Below are positions 26,095 through 30,747 of a stretch of DNA of 30,747 bases, one piece after another. Both the position numbers and the translations under genes were made by a program. This stretch comes from a virus. Its lineage: Duplodnaviria; Caudoviricetes. The stretch spans positions 1 through 30,747 of the IMG/VR virus record IMGVR_UViG_3300049899_000143; one strand, given 5' to 3'. The notes under the pieces were generated by a model that saw nothing but the letters and a program-made list of their open reading frames with translations, did no database searches and was not told where the DNA came from. The stretch's first letter is position 1. The number at the start of each line of letters is the position of its first letter.

Positions 26095-26503
26095 CGGATT
26101 TCTTTCTTTTTGAGTCTTTTAGTTTCTGGCTGACATGGCCCTGGTCCCGAAGGAACTTCTGGAGTTCGTTGGTCGAACCGAGAAAGATTGCATTCTGCGT
26201 GACATTCTTGGCACCCTCTTCGTCTTTGATTTTCTTCATGTCCTTCTGGAGTTCGATGAGGTCTTTGTTTGTTTCGGAAAGTTGTCGCATGATTTGCCCG
26301 ACCACTTCCCATGCCCGTGGATGGTCGGAGTCCTTTGCGAGTTCAAGAATCCCGTCAAGGGCAGACCCGCCCTTTGCAATGATGTCCTGAAGATTGTTTC
26401 GGACATACTCATAGTCTTCGTCTTGGTGATTTTTTCTCATCACCTCAAGTGTTTGGTTTGTGAGATCCACAAGGCCAAGTTCTCTTTCAGCATCGTTGCT
26501 CAT
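26087..26503 (-). CDS. gp16: Terminase small subunit
   Basis: DYEYVR.NL, LA..SDHPRAWEV and NAIFLGST.ELQK.L. Confidence 0.93.
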   Translation of the reverse strand: MSNDAERELGLVDLTNQTLEVMRKNHQDEDYEYVRNNLQDIIAKGGSALDGILELAKDSDHPRAWEVVGQIMRQLSETNKDLIELQKDMKKIKDEEGAKNVTQNAIFLGSTNELQKFLRDQGHVSQKLKDSKRKKSDG

Positions 26504-26507
26504 AATA

Positions 26508-27335
26508 TCAATCTCCCAATATATTTACAATATCCGTCGCAATTCCAAAGTTGTCATTTGCCCTAATTTCTCCAACAGGAATACTCAGGGATGCATTTGT
26601 TGTCGGCATTCCGTTTGCAAACATGGCAGGGCGGATTTGGATTTGGTCATACGAATTGGCTGAGTCAACATTCATGGTCGGGTGTAGGTTGATATATGAC
26701 TTGTTGACGATTGCATTGTTTAATGAAATAAACCCATATAACTGCCCCTTGAGAATAAAATCAAGTGTCCATATAATAAACCTTCTGTCTTCAAAACTTC
26801 CTTCGTAATTGTCCTCTGTAGAAACTGATGTTAAAATAATAGGAAGGTCAATATTTAATTCCAAATCGCTCACGCGCCTAAGACTTATCGTAAACTCTGG
26901 TGTAAAATAAGGAAGAATTTGTTCAATGATATGTGTCCCGTCTTCGATATTACCAACATATATATTCAACTGAAAACTAAGATCATAAGGGACCGGAGCA
27001 AAGGAAGAAAAAATCATTGTGTTTGCATTTGATCCGGCTGTTCTTGTTCGGTGCGTCCGATTCATTGTATTCAGTTTTCGCTCTGATGAATATGTCATGC
27101 CTGTCATTTCAAAAGACATTCTCGGGAGAGTCAATGCCACAGGCTTATCTAAATTAAGATCATCGTTGATTCTTGCAATGTATCTTTGCTGTGGCGCATA
27201 TGTCAACGGAACTGCAATGGTGCTTGCATCCTCGCCAGAAGCAGCCCGGCGGTTAATCTTGATGTTGTTGAACAGCGTCCCAAAGGAGATAACATAGTCT
27301 CGTATTAGCCCGTGTGAAAATGTATTTGCAAGCAT
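26508..27335 (-). CDS. gp15: Tail sheath stabilizer / tail terminator
   Basis: FGTLFN.I, VPL.YAP, LPRMSFE, PVPYD and EQILPYFTP. Confidence 0.95.
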   Translation of the reverse strand: MLANTFSHGLIRDYVISFGTLFNNIKINRRAASGEDASTIAVPLTYAPQQRYIARINDDLNLDKPVALTLPRMSFEMTGMTYSSERKLNTMNRTHRTRTAGSNANTMIFSSFAPVPYDLSFQLNIYVGNIEDGTHIIEQILPYFTPEFTISLRRVSDLELNIDLPIILTSVSTEDNYEGSFEDRRFIIWTLDFILKGQLYGFISLNNAIVNKSYINLHPTMNVDSANSYDQIQIRPAMFANGMPTTNASLSIPVGEIRANDNFGIATDIVNILGD

Positions 27336-27341
27336 GGTAGT

Positions 27342-28010
27342 TTAAAAATTCCCAAATGGATTGGTTTCGGAGAAATCAAGAATTGTGTTTGCTCTGGCTT
27401 CAATTGCATCATTGTCTGTTGTGGTGCTGGTTGTTCCCAACATGGTGTTTCCGTGTGCATATTTAGTTGCAATGGCATCAATCTCTTCAATTCCGGTTGT
27501 GATGACTTGATTGTTATATACAAACAACTCACATCGAAGGTCGTAGACAGGAAGTGTTCCCGAAATATAGAACATGGATTCGTGTTCTACAAATTGAATT
27601 TGAAATAGTTTTCCATTGAGGGGAAAATAGATTAGGTCGCCTTCTCTCGGCCGGACATATGGAACACGATTAGAGGAAACAGGATCGACTTCGGCAGGAT
27701 CTATTAATTCAAATCGCCTAATTGAAGTGGTAAATGTAATTTGATCGCGAATATCTAAGCCAAACCGAGAAAGAAATTCTCCCTCTCCTTCAAATCCTTC
27801 TACATTCTTGATATACATTTCTAAAAGAAATGCCTGGGCATAACTTTCAAGAGAGTCTTCCCCAAATATTGAGTCAGATGTAGAACTTGACCTACGAGGC
27901 AGCCAATAAACATCCATGCCATACATCTTTATGCTTTCGATGATTAGGTCGTGGATGAGATTTTGTTCGGATTTATTTTCAAAATTATTGAAATATACAT
28001 TTGTCGGCAT
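27342..28010 (-). CDS. gp14: Neck protein (head completion)
   Basis: EQNLI.DLIIESIKMYG.DVYWLPR, RPREGDLIYFP and C-terminal DFSETNPFG. Confidence 0.95.
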   Translation of the reverse strand: MPTNVYFNNFENKSEQNLIHDLIIESIKMYGMDVYWLPRRSSSTSDSIFGEDSLESYAQAFLLEMYIKNVEGFEGEGEFLSRFGLDIRDQITFTTSIRRFELIDPAEVDPVSSNRVPYVRPREGDLIYFPLNGKLFQIQFVEHESMFYISGTLPVYDLRCELFVYNNQVITTGIEEIDAIATKYAHGNTMLGTTSTTTDNDAIEARANTILDFSETNPFGNF

Positions 28011-28018
28011 GGTTTAAT

Positions 28019-28783
28019 TTACCCCACCGCAAAGTCAATAGGAAGCTCATACGAGAGAGACATTTGCTCTTTTAGTCTTTCAATTTCGACGCGGGCATCT
28101 TCAAGGATTGCTCTTCCATTTAGAGTGACTCCTCCCGGCAATTGAATTCCTTCAAACTTACTAAGATTTGTTCCCCATTGTTCTTTGATGAGTGCCGTGG
28201 CATAGTTTTTCAAGAAAGTGTCATTCCATACCTCGGCATTTGATGCTGATGTTTCGTCAACTCCTTGGTAGGTTTCAAATACAATATAGTCATTTAATGC
28301 AACCTCTGAAGCCCAGTCTATCTGAAGATATATTTTGTTCGTTTTTCTGTTGAACCGAACGTTTTCCATTGCATTGATGAGTTGGTCAATCATTGAAAGG
28401 TGCGACATCCTCATCCAATAATTCTGCATTTCACGGGTTCCTTTGGTGCTATAGGTTGCCCAGTCGTTTAACATTAACTGATACTTTACAGAAAACATTC
28501 CACCCGTTCTGCTCGCAAGTTTGAGCATTCTGCTGACCCCGATAATGGATGAGGCTTCTGACCCCACAAGAGTCAGATACTTGTTGTCAATATCAGTCTG
28601 GGTGACCTGATGAGAATAGTATATCATTTCGGTGCCATCAAAATGATATTCTTTCCAGAAACGAAGGGCATCATCAATACGGTCTTCCATCTGAAACTCG
28701 TCTATGTTTATTTCAATAACAGGATGGCCCAATCTCCTTAGACAATAGTCTTTAAATTCTTCTCTATTTTCTGGTTTGGCCAT
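28019..28783 (-). CDS. gp13: Neck protein
   Basis: YCLRRLG.PVIEIN, YHFDG, YATALIKEQWG.NL.KF.G.QLPGGVTLNG. Confidence 0.96.
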   Translation of the reverse strand: MAKPENREEFKDYCLRRLGHPVIEINIDEFQMEDRIDDALRFWKEYHFDGTEMIYYSHQVTQTDIDNKYLTLVGSEASSIIGVSRMLKLASRTGGMFSVKYQLMLNDWATYSTKGTREMQNYWMRMSHLSMIDQLINAMENVRFNRKTNKIYLQIDWASEVALNDYIVFETYQGVDETSASNAEVWNDTFLKNYATALIKEQWGTNLSKFEGIQLPGGVTLNGRAILEDARVEIERLKEQMSLSYELPIDFAVG

Positions 28784-28806
28784 TTTATTTAATATCTCCT
28801 TGTTCT

Positions 28807-29214
28807 TTAGGTATAGCTAGAAGAACCATCGCCACCTGTAGAATTGGTGGTATACATAGAACCAACTTCGACTGATGGGGCTATGGTTGCAATTCCTTCT
28901 TGTATTCTTATTTTTTGGTCCGGGTCAGCAGTGGTGTTTACCAAAATAATTTCATAAAGGTATCGACCCTCTTTTACTTTTGATGTCACTAAATTATTTG
29001 CAGTCAACTTGACTATTTTCTCACCAGCATCTACTACTGTTTCAAACGTAAGAATAGAATCTTTGTGGGTACTGCTCTTTCTTATCTGGGCATTTGCATA
29101 CCACCCCGAACTTATAGTCATTTTGGTTGTGAGGGGGGGCTTATTATAAATAGTAAATTCTTCTAAATAATCAGTTCCCTGGTCTATTGTAATATTTCTG
29201 GTTCGATTGGCCAT
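28807..29214 (-). CDS. Putative virion structural protein (beta-sandwich type often found upstream of gp13)
   Basis: NITIDQGTD, AQIRK, GRYLYEI and RI.EG..TI.P pattern; late promoter and GGAG RBS. Confidence 0.65.
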   Translation of the reverse strand: MANRTRNITIDQGTDYLEEFTIYNKPPLTTKMTISSGWYANAQIRKSSTHKDSILTFETVVDAGEKIVKLTANNLVTSKVKEGRYLYEIILVNTTADPDQKIRIQEGIATIAPSVEVGSMYTTNSTGGDGSSSYT

Positions 29215-29237
29215 TTGATACAGATTCTCCTTTATAT

Positions 29238-29245
29238 TATTTAGG
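29238..29245 (-). promoter_or_regulatory. Late promoter variant CCTAAATA
   Basis: TAAATA core overlapping the upstream stop, 24 nt before ATG 29214. Confidence 0.55.
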
Positions 29246-29747
29246 TATTTGCCGTGTCGGAGACAACATTTTGTATAATTGGAATAGAAAATGTTTTAGA
29301 ATGATGCCCATATTTTATCACAGAAAATGTAATTTTATCAGAAAACCCTTCAAGAAAACTAGGAGAAATTTCCATCGAATCGTTTGTAGATGATGATATA
29401 AATGCAATAGAAGATATTTCGGGTTCATTGCTAAAAATAACTGCCGATTGGGGCGGGAAGCCAGAAACAGAAATTGAATGTGTTCCATTTCCAACTATTG
29501 CATTGTCACTATATATAAGATTATTATTTAATTCCTGTATGCTCGCAATGCCATTTGGTTCTTGTGTGTCTGCATCCAGAGTAACATAAGTATTAATACT
29601 GGTCTGACCACAACTTCCAAGATATGTACAGACGCCTTTGTCATTTAGATTTGAAATTTGCATTGGCGTTGGATTATTAATCGTATATGAAATACTTCCA
29701 GATGATTTGTCGTATATGTATAGTGTTTTCATATTATCATCATTCAT
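29241..29747 (-). CDS. Hypothetical protein, possibly tail-fibre associated
   Basis: Start re-called at 29747 (ATGAATGA overlap with the upstream stop); AT-rich; follows the Gly-rich fibre-like gene. Confidence 0.55.
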   Translation of the reverse strand: MNDDNMKTLYIYDKSSGSISYTINNPTPMQISNLNDKGVCTYLGSCGQTSINTYVTLDADTQEPNGIASIQELNNNLIYSDNAIVGNGTHSISVSGFPPQSAVIFSNEPEISSIAFISSSTNDSMEISPSFLEGFSDKITFSVIKYGHHSKTFSIPIIQNVVSDTANT

Positions 29748-30747
29748 AAGTTTTAGTCTCCAAGTGATTGACTTCAAATCCGATTTTTCCCTTCACGACA
29801 GGAAGAGAGGGATGTTTCCCACGAATACTATGATATGATTCATTTACAATAATAACTTTTCCTGGATATATTCCAGAAGACTGCCCTCCAACAATATATC
29901 CAGCATCTCCTCCTTGAAATTGCACAGGCATATCTTGCTTACTCGATGCCGCGATTCCCGGTTCCCCGTTTTGGGGATTTCCATGTCTTCCGGCGCGGGC
30001 CCCGGGGGCCCCGTCCGCAAACGTAGAAAAAGAGAAGTTATAGTATCCCATTCCTCCTCCTCCTCCTCCACCACCGGATACAATAATCGGGTGTTCACGG
30101 CTGTCCGTCGATTGCATCTCTTGTTTATTTATTATGTATATTATGGGTAGCACAGTTCCGTGTTTAATATAAAAAACATCTCCGCCGTCGCCCCCAATAT
30201 GGGACTCGTTATTGTCAACATAATCCGTCCAATCTGCCGGAGCCGTAGCGGCGAGCCCGCCCGCGCCGACTTTATTTACATCATAAGGCGCGGGCCCCGT
30301 AGCGAATGGAGACACTTTTATTTCCGAATCAATATCGTTCCCATTTTTTCCCTTTTGAGGCTCGGTAATGTCCTCCTGCCCGGTCCCTATGATGCCGGAG
30401 TTGGGAAGCTGAGCCCATCCAGAACCTCCTTGTCCGATACCTTGTGCATGACCCCAGTTTTCAAAAATCGAGCCCGCGAAGCCAGGATTTGGAGGACTCG
30501 CCGTCCAAGGCCCGCCGGACGCGCCGCCACCGCCTCCTCCACCACCGTATGTTTTATAAATTTCCTGAACCTCGCTGGGCAAAGCGACTTCGATGGTCTG
30601 GGCTCGGGTTCCGCTTCCCCCGCTTCCCCCGCCGCCGACAACAACTCCATAATTTTCAATTGTAATTGATAGATTTTTATTATTTTCAAAAATAAATTTA
30701 GAATCACCCAAATCAAATGTAATTGCAGGAGCAGGCTTTCCTGTAAA
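29740..30747 (-). CDS. Glycine-rich tail fibre / receptor-binding-like protein, 5' truncated by the window edge
   Basis: Frame is open to position 30747. GGGGxGG repeats preceded by I.N.G.(V/I) beta strands; structural region. Confidence 0.6.
   Translation of the reverse strand, partial: FTGKPAPAITFDLGDSKFIFENNKNLSITIENYGVVVGGGGSGGSGTRAQTIEVALPSEVQEIYKTYGGGGGGGGASGGPWTASPPNPGFAGSIFENWGHAQGIGQGGSGWAQLPNSGIIGTGQEDITEPQKGKNGNDIDSEIKVSPFATGPAPYDVNKVGAGGLAATAPADWTDYVDNNESHIGGDGGDVFYIKHGTVLPIIYIINKQEMQSTDSREHPIIVSGGGGGGGGMGYYNFSFSTFADGAPGARAGRHGNPQNGEPGIAASSKQDMPVQFQGGDAGYIVGGQSSGIYPGKVIIVNESYHSIRGKHPSLPVVKGKIGFEVNHLETKTYE

Noticed and set aside
16600-28783. Absence of gp24/hoc after gp23 as a novelty
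   Set aside because: The gp23-gp3-uvsY-uvsW-gp55-gp47 order is usual for aquatic T4-like phages.
50-30716. Numerous plus-strand ORFs and nested alternative-frame ORFs in the track (e.g. 6627..7307, 24949..25614, 5129..5659)
   Set aside because: They are shadows of well-supported minus-strand genes and have no recognisable motifs or RBS.

Overview
This window is a fragment of a T4-like (Tevenvirinae/Kyanoviridae-style, probably aquatic) myovirus genome, with every credible gene on the minus strand. Reading right to left: a partial Gly-rich fibre-like gene, two small structural genes, the conserved virion block gp13-14-15-16-17-18-19-20-(core)-21-22-23-gp3, then uvsY-uvsW-gp55-gp47. An intact aspartate carbamoyltransferase (pyrB) and an unusual putative GIY-YIG gene are inserted between gp47 and gp46. 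After gp46 come a small membrane protein, a NUMOD3 GIY-YIG homing endonuclease, a Mom-like DNA-modification enzyme, a zinc-finger ORF and a ParB/DGQHR-motif protein. Next is a ~1.1 kb non-coding region with helically phased CTCWGAG/TCTNAGA repeats, three terminator-like hairpins, two divergent late promoters and a 10-bp GTGGGA triple repeat. The window ends with a late-promoter-driven cassette of basic proteins that begin with T4 internal-protein-like capsid-targeting leaders. Several of these look like gp21-cleaved polyproteins, and one carries a possible ADP-ribosyltransferase domain. All assignments come from motif recognition and synteny; no database searches were run.
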